64,000 nucleotides of DNA, taken from a virus. Positions within the stretch are counted from its first letter, which is position 1; the number at the start of each line of letters is the position of its first letter. The notes beneath the pieces were generated by a model that worked only from the letters and a program-made list of their open reading frames with translations, did not search any database and had not been told where the DNA came from. Location: the IMG/VR virus record IMGVR_UViG_3300012352_000117, positions 8,620-72,619 of that record. One strand, 5' to 3'. Shown here piece by piece: positions 33,423 to 44,500 of this stretch. A program made the position numbers and the translations under genes.

Positions 33423-35126
33423 TTAGAAAGCGTATCGACTCTTAAAATAATCGTTGAGAATAGGATCAGATTGACGAGATGGTATTCTAACAACGTTGTT
33501 AGTAGTCTTATTGCTAACGTTTGTAGTAGGAGCAACAACAACATTAGAACCAGACGCTGAAGGAGCTTGAGCTGCTTGAGCATTTTGTGCAGACTGAGAG
33601 TATACAGTACCAGCAGTTCCTACTCCAGGTTTAACAGCTTCTGAACCTGCAGCAACTGGTTTAGCGCCATCAGCAGCGGTCGCCTGAGCAGGTGCAGGTT
33701 TTACTGGTTCGGCAGCAGTAGCTGCCGCAGCACCAGATGCACTAGCAGCTTTAGGTTGAGCTTTTCCAAACGGATAGAATGGACCTATTGAAACTTTCTT
33801 ATCGATAACTGGAATAGTGAAACCAATCTCTGGAATACTAATTCCCTGCAGCATTCCGATAACAGAATCTTTTATTCCAATAAAGAAGTCTTTGACTGAA
33901 GCGAATGCGTTAGTCATAGGCTCAATAATGTATTTGTCTACTGAATCACCGATGCCGTTAGTTAGACCTGTGATAACACCAAAAACTGAATCTATTATTT
34001 TAGTAGTTAGACCTTCAAAAGAGAAAGAGTCTAAAGCCTGTTTAGCTTTGTCAAATCCAAAAGCTCCGGCCACCCAAGCTACGGCGTCTTTCAATAGGTC
34101 TAATGGACCCATGATAAGAGAATTTACGAATCCTTTGATAGCTCCAGAGATAGCACCAACGATTCCGTCTTTCTCAAATCCTTCTATTGCACCTTTTACA
34201 GTATCCCAGATAGTCATGATAACTGTTAGAGGATAAGCTAGTTTGCTTACAATCTTTGCAGTTGCGCCAAAGATACTACCGAATGAACTTAACTTGCCGC
34301 CTATCAATGTAAAGAATTCTTGGATGCTAGTGAAGAAGCCTTTTACTTTAGAGATAGCATCTCCGACAAATCCAACAGCTCTAGTCACTGTTGAAGAAGC
34401 TGCTTGAATTTCTTTAAACGCAAACACTATAGGTTCGAAGAAACCTGTAATGACGCCTTTTACTTTAGAGAATATTGCACCAACTTTAGATATACCTTCG
34501 CCACCGAAGATACTTCTAAAGAATCCAACTAAGTTATCAAATACTTGAGTAGCTTTCGAGACGAATGTAGTGAACGCGCCCTTAAACAATTCTACACCAC
34601 TTACAAAGACATCTTTTACAGCAGAGAAAGCTTTCTTGATAGATGGAAAGAAGTCGACAACATAGTTAATGACTTTAGCTAGTCCACTGCCAAATAGTTT
34701 TAATGCTTTTACATATCCTTGTACGGCACCAGCAATTGCACCTAAAGCAAGAGCGATAGCGGTACCAACGCCACCTAAAGTAAAGTCTTGCTTTTTACCT
34801 GCTACTTTTGCAGGACGAGTGTTTTCCTCGATTTTGTCAATAACGTCTGCCTGTTTTGTCGCGACGGCCTGAGCTTCTTGGCGATCTTCTCTTGAATACT
34901 CAGCGTCTTCCGATTTGAGTACGTTTAAGATAGCCTCAAGCAATTTGGTGTGCTTCTTAAGCTCATTGAGCATTTTACTGCCGTTGTCATCAAGAGATGG
35001 AAGGACTTCGCCTTCAATGATCTCGATGCGCTCTAAGCTCTTCTGAATAAGTGCACTGCCAACGTTCTTGTTGGCTGGTACCATATTGCTTTCTTGAAGT
35101 GTTATTAGGTCTCTGAATTCTGCCAT
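33423..35126 (-). CDS. baseplate hub / tail tape-measure-like protein (gp29-like)
   Basis: 567 aa with G/A/F-rich amphipathic helices; ends V.APTTNVSN; sits next to gp51/gp26. Confidence 0.6.
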   Translation of the reverse strand: MAEFRDLITLQESNMVPANKNVGSALIQKSLERIEIIEGEVLPSLDDNGSKMLNELKKHTKLLEAILNVLKSEDAEYSREDRQEAQAVATKQADVIDKIEENTRPAKVAGKKQDFTLGGVGTAIALALGAIAGAVQGYVKALKLFGSGLAKVINYVVDFFPSIKKAFSAVKDVFVSGVELFKGAFTTFVSKATQVFDNLVGFFRSIFGGEGISKVGAIFSKVKGVITGFFEPIVFAFKEIQAASSTVTRAVGFVGDAISKVKGFFTSIQEFFTLIGGKLSSFGSIFGATAKIVSKLAYPLTVIMTIWDTVKGAIEGFEKDGIVGAISGAIKGFVNSLIMGPLDLLKDAVAWVAGAFGFDKAKQALDSFSFEGLTTKIIDSVFGVITGLTNGIGDSVDKYIIEPMTNAFASVKDFFIGIKDSVIGMLQGISIPEIGFTIPVIDKKVSIGPFYPFGKAQPKAASASGAAAATAAEPVKPAPAQATAADGAKPVAAGSEAVKPGVGTAGTVYSQSAQNAQAAQAPSASGSNVVVAPTTNVSNKTTNNVVRIPSRQSDPILNDYFKSRYAF

Positions 35127-35305
35127 TATTTTTTACTCTCTAGTCGTTCTTTTTCTTCTTCGAGGAACTTAATCAACATTGCAACATAAATCTCGCGTTC
35201 GAATGGTAGCATGTCTTCAATATCTACCAACGAGTATTTGTGGTACTGCATTAGCGCGAAGTTCATTTTGTAAAAATTATGCAGATCGTCATGACAAAGG
35301 CACAT
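35126..35305 (-). CDS. gp51: baseplate hub assembly catalyst (below ORF-track cutoff)
   Basis: Manual translation MCLCHDDLHNFYKMNFALMQYHKYSLVDIEDMLPFEREIYVAMLIKFLEEEKERLESKK. Confidence 0.8.
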   Translation of the reverse strand: MCLCHDDLHNFYKMNFALMQYHKYSLVDIEDMLPFEREIYVAMLIKFLEEEKERLESKK

Positions 35306-36021
35306 TAGAAAAAACTGTTGATTCCCTCAAGATACTTGTGATGGTCTTTGTTACAAACTGGACACTTATAATCAACTGCCTGTTTTAACTTCGGCATCGT
35401 CTCGAAAAACTGCTGGATCTTTGCAAATTGCTCAGATGTAAGGTTTTCAATAAATTGCATCAGTTCAGCTCTAGACTGTTCTTTAGCATGAAATACTTCA
35501 TCCGCTGTGTAGATGAAGTCAATACAATCAATCACAACATCAAATACTTGATTCACGTCTTCAATTTTAGCGTCCTTAGCTTTCTTCAGCAATGCTAAGT
35601 CTGGGTACTTCATCTGTACACCAACGCCATCGAATAGTTCAATCTGATTCTTATGACCTTCTGGGAACTCTACATTTAGGTCTGTAAGATCGAACGTGAT
35701 CTTCACTTTAGCTTTTTCGTCTTCGCACGTGTCGCACTTAAAGATAAGTTCAACAAGTTCTCCGACAGACTTTGCTCTTACTTGAGCAAAGATATACTCG
35801 ATGTCGAACATAGCAAGTTTGTCTACGTTAACATCGCTGCTCTTAATACAGTCCTTAAGAATATTCTTAAGAGTGTCGATCATCACAGTCTCGTCAGAGC
35901 TTTGTTGTGCAATCAATAGAGCTTTTTCTTCTTTCACTAAGAACGGTCTGTACTTTACTTCTTGCTTTGTAGAAGGAATAGTTAGAGTATAGACCGGTGT
36001 AGCGTTAATTGGTAATGCCAC
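35305..36021 (-). CDS. gp26: baseplate hub subunit
   Basis: MALP....P.Y.LTIPS....VKYRPFLVKEEK.LL.A; IRAKSVGE-like VRAKSVGE; C-terminal CPVC. Confidence 0.88.
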   Translation of the reverse strand: MALPINATPVYTLTIPSTKQEVKYRPFLVKEEKALLIAQQSSDETVMIDTLKNILKDCIKSSDVNVDKLAMFDIEYIFAQVRAKSVGELVELIFKCDTCEDEKAKVKITFDLTDLNVEFPEGHKNQIELFDGVGVQMKYPDLALLKKAKDAKIEDVNQVFDVVIDCIDFIYTADEVFHAKEQSRAELMQFIENLTSEQFAKIQQFFETMPKLKQAVDYKCPVCNKDHHKYLEGINSFF

Positions 36022-36022
36022 G

Positions 36023-36457
36023 TCATTCTCCTTTAGTCATATTGTGAATAATTTTGTTCAAGTCACTAGTGCTACCAACAAAGATAGCGTTGTTGTTTGT
36101 CACTTGTTTCGCTTCGCCAGTACCACTGTCTTTAGCAGGTGTATCTAGTTTTTGTTTTCGCTGATGTAATTGCATTAACTGCTCGTTTACATCTGCTAAT
36201 TGTTTCATAAGGTTACCAACAACTTCGAATGCACGAGGATGTTCAGACTGTTTAGCAACTTCTAGAGCGTGCAAAAGAGCGTCTTGACCATTCTGCAGCA
36301 AGTTGTATAAGTTATTACGAGTGTAGTCGTAATCTGCTTCTATTTTTTCGTTCTTCTGATCCGTGATAGGCTGTGGATTGAGCTCAATCACTTCTCCAGT
36401 AGTACGTTCAACCGGTTCTATATCAAAGACATTAGATAGTTTGTCGTCAATTTTCAC
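36023..36457 (-). CDS. gp16: terminase small subunit
   Basis: DYDYTR.NL..L...G..AL...LEVA..SEHPRAFEV; NNAIFVGST.DL.K. Confidence 0.8.
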   Translation of the reverse strand: MKIDDKLSNVFDIEPVERTTGEVIELNPQPITDQKNEKIEADYDYTRNNLYNLLQNGQDALLHALEVAKQSEHPRAFEVVGNLMKQLADVNEQLMQLHQRKQKLDTPAKDSGTGEAKQVTNNNAIFVGSTSDLNKIIHNMTKGE

Positions 36458-36469
36458 TTTGTTGCTCTC

Positions 36470-37159
36470 TTAGAATAATGATGGCAGATCCATAGATTTT
36501 AGTGTGTTCTGCCAATCACCAGTGTTATATGCGTTCCAGATCTTGTTTGGAACTTCCATTCCTTTAGCGATAAGTGCTCCTAGTCCAGTTGGCTGTTTCA
36601 GTCCATTGCTATTAGTTTCACTGATCATTTGGCTAGTAGTCCAATATCTATATGCCATTGTCACTTGTACTCGCATTACATCTTTTCCGCCATAGTTCAT
36701 TTCAACTGAACTAATAGTCTTTGGATATGCTTCTCTTAGAACTACTTTATATCGAGAGTTTTCAGCTACGTCATAAACTTCGATATCTACATCGACAGTA
36801 TAGTCTTTGTAGAAATTGAATTGTCTGCTTTGACTGCTCTGAATATTCGATATCCATTGATCAAAGAAAATCTTAACTTTCATTTCTTTATCAACGTAGA
36901 ATGTAAAGTTCACTGGATCAAACATTCTGTCGTTAGGCATTTCAATAGTCTCGCCATAAGTTCTAATCGGAGACGTTTGTATGTTCATTCCAGGAAGTTG
37001 AGTCTGCTCACAGAACAAAAGAACCTTTTCAAGTGTAGCATTATTGAAGAGGTTCTGATCTACAACAGTAGGTCTTTTGAAACTTACGTTATAGTGAGAT
37101 GTTCTAGCAAGACCTTGCTTAACATGACCAATGAATTGGCGTAGTGTTTGTGTTGTCAT
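36470..37159 (-). CDS. gp54: baseplate tail-tube initiator (gp54-like)
   Basis: GLAR...Y.V, LPG, F.FYVD, F..W; Y.V.L..AYP..I..V. Confidence 0.65.
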   Translation of the reverse strand: MTTQTLRQFIGHVKQGLARTSHYNVSFKRPTVVDQNLFNNATLEKVLLFCEQTQLPGMNIQTSPIRTYGETIEMPNDRMFDPVNFTFYVDKEMKVKIFFDQWISNIQSSQSRQFNFYKDYTVDVDIEVYDVAENSRYKVVLREAYPKTISSVEMNYGGKDVMRVQVTMAYRYWTTSQMISETNSNGLKQPTGLGALIAKGMEVPNKIWNAYNTGDWQNTLKSMDLPSLF

Positions 37160-37746
37160 ATTTGTTTAACCGAATCCTGCCAAACAGTTTGGCGACTTGC
37201 TCCGACAAAGCTTTCAACAGGCATCATCATTGCTGTAGGCCAATCTTTAGCGTGAACTTTGATGAATGGGGATTTGACATGATCTGTCAGATACTGTTTG
37301 ACACATGGAGCAGCTGGAGCGAATTTAGCTACACCATCGATGAGACCCCATGAGAATTTCAAACGAGTTTGCTCTGTCATAGCAGAGTCAGTCTTAAAAA
37401 TCATCAGTTTATCCATAAGCCTTACTCGAAGACCGTATGGAAGATAGTGCAAGTTTAGTCCTATGAAACCGCCCTCAGTTTTCTTCCAAGGGAACACCAT
37501 TGGAAATCTATCGAAGTATGGCAATGTGTCTTTATGCTTTGGATCATAATAGAACATGTATAGATTGCCTGGAAAAATCGATGTCGTGAAAGTGTTAGAT
37601 TTATCAGCAAGAAGTTTTTTAGGCGTAATGCCTTTCCCAGCGAGAAGCAAAGCTTGCTGGTCAAACCATGTCTTTGACTTTTTCACTATGTTATAGTCAT
37701 AGCGATTCTTCTCAAAGATACTTTGTAGTGTTGTGTTAGTGGCCAT
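37156..37746 (-). CDS. gp2: DNA end protector protein
   Basis: PG.LYMF.YDPKHKDTLPYFD.FP, GF.GLNLHYLP...R. Confidence 0.88.
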   Translation of the reverse strand: MATNTTLQSIFEKNRYDYNIVKKSKTWFDQQALLLAGKGITPKKLLADKSNTFTTSIFPGNLYMFYYDPKHKDTLPYFDRFPMVFPWKKTEGGFIGLNLHYLPYGLRVRLMDKLMIFKTDSAMTEQTRLKFSWGLIDGVAKFAPAAPCVKQYLTDHVKSPFIKVHAKDWPTAMMMPVESFVGASRQTVWQDSVKQI

Positions 37747-37750
37747 GTAC

Positions 37751-38194
37751 TTATTTATTAACTAGACCAAGATCGTGTTCTGTTAGAATTTTGAATTCCC
37801 AACCTCTATCTTTTGCATACTCGTTTGCTGCTTTCCATTTAGCTTCATTTTTGCCCCAAGTCATCACTTCTTGGATATATCGTTTTGTTGTTCTCTGACC
37901 TACTTTTGGAGGTCTAGTCTGAGAATCAGGTTTTATCTCAATTAGATACGTTTTCAGTTTTCCGTCTTTTCCTCTAACAGTTATAAGGAAATCTACGAAA
38001 TATCTATGGCGCTTGTTATCTGTTGGGCAAATGTATGGTATTACAACTTCTTCAGACTTCCACTTGACGACAGATGGTGTACGATCACACCACGCAGCAA
38101 AGCGTATCTCCCAAGAAGATCTTAGGATGATATTAGTCGGGTCTCCTTCGTACTTTTGTACGTTAACTGGGACGTATTTCCTCTTGTGGTACAT
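37751..38194 (-). CDS. gp4: head completion nuclease
   Basis: P.N..KY.GDP.NI..RSSWE...WCD, W.SEE..IPY, HRYF.DF, IEIKP..QT..P, N.AKW.AA. Confidence 0.92.
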   Translation of the reverse strand: MYHKRKYVPVNVQKYEGDPTNIILRSSWEIRFAAWCDRTPSVVKWKSEEVVIPYICPTDNKRHRYFVDFLITVRGKDGKLKTYLIEIKPDSQTRPPKVGQRTTKRYIQEVMTWGKNEAKWKAANEYAKDRGWEFKILTEHDLGLVNK

Positions 38195-38201
38195 ATAAAT
38201 A
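38194..38201 (+). promoter_or_regulatory. T4 late promoter for the gp48-gp53-gp5 operon
   Basis: Exact TATAAATA about 40 nt upstream of gp48. Confidence 0.75.
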
Positions 38202-38242
38202 TTTGATAAAGCACTACACCTAACCTATTTAGGAAACCAGCA

Positions 38243-39427
38243 ATGGCACTTGAAGACATTAAGAATAAACTAGTAACCTCTGCGAAAGATGCATCGGCGT
38301 CCATGCAGCAGGCTATGGGAAAGTACTCTTCTCCGTTTGGATCATCTAAGACAACATTCGACACTAACAGTAGTACCGGAAAGTATGATGTTGCTAACTT
38401 GACGTATCCTATTGATCTATTCGCGCAAGATAACGGCTTTCCAAGATATGGTAACAATTACGCTATATTCTACATCAACGTAGCAGAAGACTCAAAGCTA
38501 CTACAAGACAAAAATAATGAGACAGTCAACGTTGCTGCAGATGAAAGACTGAGAGCTAGTATCAATCAGATTGGATTACAAACAGATAATGTAATTGTTG
38601 GATCTACAATAGCTGGTGCTGCTGCTGGTACGATCTTAGGATCTCTTGGTGGTTCTGGAGGAGCTGGTGGTGCAGCTGGTGCATTTATCGGTGGCGCTTC
38701 TGCTGCTGTTGTTTCTGCAGCAACTGGTGGTAAGTTGTCTAGACAACAAAAGCGTCTTAAGTCAGCGATTGCATTGCACGTGCCAAATGCGTTGAGTGTT
38801 AGATATTCTGCTACTTGGAATGAAGAAGAAACGGGTGCGTTTCAAGCTGCTGCTATGTTGTCTGAAGGTGGTATGAAATCTCTTTCAGAGTCTGTCAAAG
38901 ACGGATCTGTCAATATGCAAAGTCTTTCTGGTCCAGCTGCTAGTGTAGCAACTGCATTAGCTTTAAATGCTCCAGGCGGTCTTGGATCTGGATTGTCTGC
39001 TGCGTCTGGTCTTGCACCAAACCCAAAGAAAGAGCAGTTATTCAAGGGTGTGGATTTTAGAACATTCACGTTTGACTATCAATTTGCTCCAAAGAGTATT
39101 GAAGAATTAGAAGCAGTTATTAAGATCATCGATACGTTTAAGTATCACATGCATCCAGAGTTTAAGGATTCTTCTTCGTTTGTTTTCATATATCCTTCAG
39201 AATTCGACATTCATTATTATCACGGCAGTTCTGAAAACCAGTATCTACATCGCCACACTTCGTGCGTGCTGAAAGACATGAACATTAACTATACTCCAAA
39301 CGGTATGTTCAACACATTTGGAGCTATGTCTGGTGTAGGTGGTGGGGCTCCAACGCAAATCAACGTACAATTAACTTTCGTAGAACTTGCTATTCTTACA
39401 AAAGATCAAATCAAGCAGGGGTACTAA
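38243..39427 (+). CDS. gp48: baseplate tail-tube cap
   Basis: L.YP.D, I.L..P, NP..EQLF.G.DFR.F.F.Y.F.P.S..E, CVL....NY.P.G, L.F.E. Confidence 0.85.
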   Translation: MALEDIKNKLVTSAKDASASMQQAMGKYSSPFGSSKTTFDTNSSTGKYDVANLTYPIDLFAQDNGFPRYGNNYAIFYINVAEDSKLLQDKNNETVNVAADERLRASINQIGLQTDNVIVGSTIAGAAAGTILGSLGGSGGAGGAAGAFIGGASAAVVSAATGGKLSRQQKRLKSAIALHVPNALSVRYSATWNEEETGAFQAAAMLSEGGMKSLSESVKDGSVNMQSLSGPAASVATALALNAPGGLGSGLSAASGLAPNPKKEQLFKGVDFRTFTFDYQFAPKSIEELEAVIKIIDTFKYHMHPEFKDSSSFVFIYPSEFDIHYYHGSSENQYLHRHTSCVLKDMNINYTPNGMFNTFGAMSGVGGGAPTQINVQLTFVELAILTKDQIKQGY

Positions 39428-39430
39428 TCA

Positions 39431-40210
39431 ATGTATTTCGAAAACTTTCCTACAGTACTTTATGATTTTCCTGTAAAGGATAGCGCTAATAAGTTCATTG
39501 GTGTAAAAGACATCACTAGAAACTTACGATTCAAAGCAGAGTTCATTGAGAGTATCAGTGTATATGAGACTTATCAGATGCAAGATGGAGAAACTATTGA
39601 GATGGTTTCTGAAAAAGTCTATGGTACTCCAGATTATCACTGGGTCTTAATGCTTCTAAATCAAAGGTACGATCACATTGAAGATTTTGCTTTAAGTCAA
39701 AGACACTTCGATAAAGCAATGCTACGAAAGTATGGTAGCAGAATCAATGACGCAAAATACTTTGTGGACATAAACGGATACATTACTAATGGATATGCAA
39801 GTGTCGTGATTGAGAATACTAATGAAGAAGGAAGCGAGCTAATGCTTCTAGACGACTTAATTAAAGTTGGTTCTGTTATTCGTCGTAAAACTGCAATCGG
39901 ATACTACGCGGGTAGAGTAGAATCTATTGATCCCGAGACTAAAGCGTTGACAGTAATGATGACAACTGGAGACTTTAAACCAGGCGATCCTATTGAAGTG
40001 TATAACTATTATGATGACGCAGATGGTAACTACGTAGAAACTTTCTTAGGTTCTTCAACAGTTACATCATTCACAGTTGCTGCAAACTATGGACTAGTCA
40101 CTAACTATGAATATGAGATGATTAAGAATGAAGAAAAGCGAACCATTAAGATTGTTCCAGAGAGATATCTGTCGCAGATCATTTCAGAATTCGATGCATT
40201 GGTTTCATAA
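39431..40210 (+). CDS. gp53: baseplate wedge subunit
   Basis: MYF..FP...Y; Y...DGET.E.VS...YG..DY.WV....N; YE...NE.KR.IK. Confidence 0.88.
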   Translation: MYFENFPTVLYDFPVKDSANKFIGVKDITRNLRFKAEFIESISVYETYQMQDGETIEMVSEKVYGTPDYHWVLMLLNQRYDHIEDFALSQRHFDKAMLRKYGSRINDAKYFVDINGYITNGYASVVIENTNEEGSELMLLDDLIKVGSVIRRKTAIGYYAGRVESIDPETKALTVMMTTGDFKPGDPIEVYNYYDDADGNYVETFLGSSTVTSFTVAANYGLVTNYEYEMIKNEEKRTIKIVPERYLSQIISEFDALVS

Positions 40211-41494
40211 ATGACTACTGAACGTATAAATTTTGCTGGTGACGTTACGATTGAAAAGGCCAATCTAATGTCGTATGACCTTACGACATATAGTATCAAA
40301 AACCAGCTTGTCTCTATTCAGATCTTTGAAGATCTGTTCAGCCCTTTTATCACTGGAATTCTTACGTTTAAAGACTCATTAGACTTCATGAATGCGCTTC
40401 CAGTTATTGGTCAAGAAGTACTGGACTTGGATATCTACACACCAACTCTAAAAGATAAGAATGGTAGAATCAAAGGCCAATTCTACATCAGTGAATTCAA
40501 GAATAGAGAATTCGTTGGTGATAGAAGTGTTGTATATGAACTTGCATTTATTTCAAAAGAATCTATAGCAGACATCAATATTAAATTGAGCAAGTCGTAT
40601 CAAGGCAAAATCTCAGATGTAGCAAAGCAAGTGCTGACTGATAATCTAGTTAAGTTTGATGTCGTTAAGAAGTTAAACATTGAACCAACAAAGAATTCAG
40701 TAAAGTACGTTTCTAATTACTGGTCTCCAGTAAGAAACATGAACTACTTAGCAGACTACGCGTTAAACGAAACTGGTTCACCATCTTACATTTTCTTTGA
40801 GAACCGAGATGGTTTTAACTTTGGTTCTTTAGAAACATTGGCTAAATCAGAGACAGTAGCACAAGAATTTAGATACGATAACTCTACTCAATCGGTTTCT
40901 GCAACAGGCGGATCTTCTCGTGACGTCAATAGGGATTATCAACGTATCACACAGTTTAGTTTGAAGAATGGATTCAACTTGGTCAAGAGATTGAATTCTG
41001 GTATGATGGCATCGGCCGCGTTTGGTTATGACATCACAACTAAGCGTTTTCAGATTAAACCATTCGATTATTTCGCATCATTCAAAGAGCGTAAGCATCT
41101 TAACGATCATCCGTTGGTAAATAACAAGATACCGATGTACTATACTGCTAAGATTTTGTATGCTCCAAATCCATACGAAAACTTTACTGACTATGGAAGC
41201 AACACAAACTTCTCATACATCCAAAAAAGAATTTCTGAAATTCAACAGGGTGGTGATTTTAGAATAGAGATTAACGTACCGGGCAGATTTGACTACACTG
41301 TAGGTCAAGTTGTTCGTATCACTTCTTTTCAAATAGAACCTTTGACTAAAACTGAAAGTAACAAATCACAGCTAGATGCTATCTTCTCTGGTAAGTACAT
41401 GGTCTCTGCGATCAACCATTATGTAACCAGAACACAGCATCAATGCTCAATTGAGTTAGTCAAAGACTCATACATCTCGTCATTTACAAAATAA
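40211..41494 (+). CDS. baseplate hub protein (gp27-like)
   Basis: I.IFEDLFSPF.TG.L...D....P..GQE; YIFFENRDGFNF.S; S.KY.V.AI.H; sits between gp53 and gp5. Confidence 0.6.
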   Translation: MTTERINFAGDVTIEKANLMSYDLTTYSIKNQLVSIQIFEDLFSPFITGILTFKDSLDFMNALPVIGQEVLDLDIYTPTLKDKNGRIKGQFYISEFKNREFVGDRSVVYELAFISKESIADINIKLSKSYQGKISDVAKQVLTDNLVKFDVVKKLNIEPTKNSVKYVSNYWSPVRNMNYLADYALNETGSPSYIFFENRDGFNFGSLETLAKSETVAQEFRYDNSTQSVSATGGSSRDVNRDYQRITQFSLKNGFNLVKRLNSGMMASAAFGYDITTKRFQIKPFDYFASFKERKHLNDHPLVNNKIPMYYTAKILYAPNPYENFTDYGSNTNFSYIQKRISEIQQGGDFRIEINVPGRFDYTVGQVVRITSFQIEPLTKTESNKSQLDAIFSGKYMVSAINHYVTRTQHQCSIELVKDSYISSFTK

Positions 41495-41502
41495 GGTGAA
41501 CA

Positions 41503-44500
41503 ATGATTTACGTAGGCGTAGTTGAAAATAGAGACGATCCACTAAAGCTTGGCCGATGCCAAGTTCGTGTAGTTGGTCTTCACACTGACGATAAAAATTC
41601 ATTACCAACTAAGGATCTCCCTTGGGCGTATCCTATGCAGCCAGTTACATCCGCTGCAATCAACGGCATTGGTTGGACGCCAGTTGGAATAGTTCCTGGC
41701 ACTTGGGTAGTTGTTATGTTTCAGGACAAAGACAACCAGATGCCAATCATGCTTGGATCTCTTGGTGGAATTCCTCAAAGTAAAGCTGCTCAAAAGATTG
41801 CTCTAGATGGCGCACAAGTAAGCACCGGCAGAGAAAATGAAAGTACCGATCTAGTAAGTAGTGCAACAAATGCTATCACAAGTGCTTTAAGCAGTCTGTT
41901 TGGCGGAAAATCTTCTGCAGCGTCTGAAACACTTGGTGCTGATAAAGATGGTACTCCAACTATCACGCCTGCAAAAGTAGAACCAACTGCTCAAGCAATG
42001 GCACCAGATGCGCAATCACCATCTGGTAATCCATCTGCTGCTACCGATGCTACTCTAAAGTCAGCTATTCCAACTAAGCCTCCAGCTAAATACGCTTCAA
42101 ATGCTACTAAGCAAGAACAATGTATTAAAGCTATCATTTCAGCTTGCGACAAAGTTGGTCTAACTAGCAAGTACGCGAAGGCATCTATACTTGGTATCTG
42201 TGGAGGTGAATCAGCTTGGCTTCCTTTAGAAGAAGGCTACAACTATTCAGAAGATGCTTTACTAAAGATTTTTCCTGGTGTGTTTTCGTCGCAGCCAGAA
42301 AAGGCAAAGACATATGCTCGCTGGCAAGGAAGTCGAGCAGACTTCTTCCGTTTCCTCTATAGTCCTAACTATAAGAACGGTAAAGGTGCTGGAAACAAAT
42401 TGCCAGATGATGGTGCGTTGTTCTACGGCAGAGGTTTTAACCAGATCACTGGTAGATCTTTATACGAGCAACTTGAAAGAGAGTTAAAGAAGATTGGTGT
42501 TAACGCTCCAATTAGTACACAACCAGATCTATTGATATCTAACATTGAGATCTCAGCTGCAGCTACAGCGATGTTCTACAAGTTGAACGTTAAAGCTAAT
42601 CCTGATAGTCCAGATTATTTTCAAACTGCGTTGAAGCGAACAGGAAATGCTGTTGGTTCTTCGTATGAAAAGAAAAAGATCATGTATGAGTACTTCCTTG
42701 GTGAAGGTGTACTACCAGCTTCTACTAATAAGCCAGCTGCTGACGAAACTAGAACTTACTCTAGCGCAGAAGTAAAGTACTTGCCTCCGAATAAGCAAGC
42801 TGCTCTTACAGAAGATCGTACTGGATCTGATGCTCAAGGGTTTGCTGATCCTAAAGGTAAGTATCCTTTACGCAATTTGTTAGATGAACCAGACACAAAC
42901 CGTTTAGCTCGTGGTATCATTAAAGAGACAGCAGTAGAATTCAAAGATGCTTCTAGAACTACTGGAGTTCAGACAGCTAATGGATCTGCTGGAACATGGG
43001 AACAACCATTAGCTCCATTCGGCGGTGTATATCCATATAGCAAAGTGTATGAATCAGAATCTGGCCATCTAATGGTATTCGACGATTCACCGGGCCACGA
43101 AAACATAAGTCTATATCATCGCACCGGATCTTTTGTAGACATTGATGCTAATGGTACAATGGTGCATAAAATTGTTGGTGATGGCTATGTCATCATGGAC
43201 AGAAATGGATTCGTGACTATTGAAGGTAAGTGCAACGTACACATTGGTGGTGACGCTAGCATTCTAGTCGATGGCAATGCAGACGTTGAAGTCAAAGGAT
43301 CTACTAACGCTGTATTCCACAATCAAGTTGATATTGGTTGCGCAAGGGACGTAAATTGGGCTATTGGTGGAGACTTAAACTTAAAAGTTGACGGCAACAT
43401 CAACACTACTGTTGGTGGAAACTTAGCAGAGAGTGTAACTGGCACTCACTCTGTTCAGACTACTGGAAATATGTCGGTTGTCACTGATGGCAATTACGGC
43501 ACTCAAGTTGCTGGAAGTTATGGTGCTAAAGTTACAGGCACGATGAAGTTAGATGTTGCAGATGATCTGTCTCTAAAATCTGGAGCTGATATTAGCAACG
43601 ACGCCGCTGGTGAATTTAACGCCAAGTCTGAAGGCATGAATATGAATGCCGGAGGAGGAAACTTTAACGTTGATGGAGCAGAATTCAGAGGTCAACAAGG
43701 ATCTGCAAATCCTCCAAGTGTTAGTGAGATTGAAGCAGTTGAAAAATTTGTTGCACTCACTCTTGAAGCTCCAGCAGTTGCATCAGCTTCTGGAACTACA
43801 TTTGAGCTTCTACAGACTCCTGTAAGACCAAGTCCGCAGATCATTGTTAAGACTGAAGTTAGTGATAAGTATGAAGCACAAGCAGCAGACTTTCAGAAGA
43901 ATCCTGGAAAGTATTATAACGCTGACGCTGAAAAAGCTGGCGTCAACCCACAACGCCCACCACAACCAGATATTGGAGATGCTGGTCAAAGCTTGAAATC
44001 TGGAGCTGAACCAAGTGATATTCAAGCTTTCTTATCGAAGCAACTTGTTCTAGCTAAAGAAGGCTATTGGTCTGAAACCGGTATGAAAGATAAGACTAAG
44101 AGCAATCCAAACATTATGGCTATGTGGAAAGACATTGGTATGGAAAGTGTCGCAAAGGGTCTAGGAGATCAGACTGCGTGGTGTATGGCGTTTGTTAACT
44201 GGACGTTGAAGCAATGTAATTATCGCTATGTTCAGTCTGCTAGAGCTTACGATTTGCGCGATAAACCAGATCGTTGGAAAATGACTAAAGTGACTGATCC
44301 ACAACCTGGAGATATTTGTGTATGGTCTTATAGCCATGTAAACTTTGTGTATGAAGTTAAGAATGGTAAGTGCACGTTTGTGGGTGGAAACCAAGGTGGT
44401 GGTAAAGTTACTGACAACAATCCAACTGGAGGTTCTGTAACTATAAGCTATCCTAACGGAGTAGCTCCAAGCAATTCTAGCATTGTTGGATTCTACAGAC

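Noticed and set aside
37751-38194. TnsA-like transposase or mobile element
   Set aside because: Sequence and synteny match T4 gp4 head completion nuclease; no transposon ends or partner genes.
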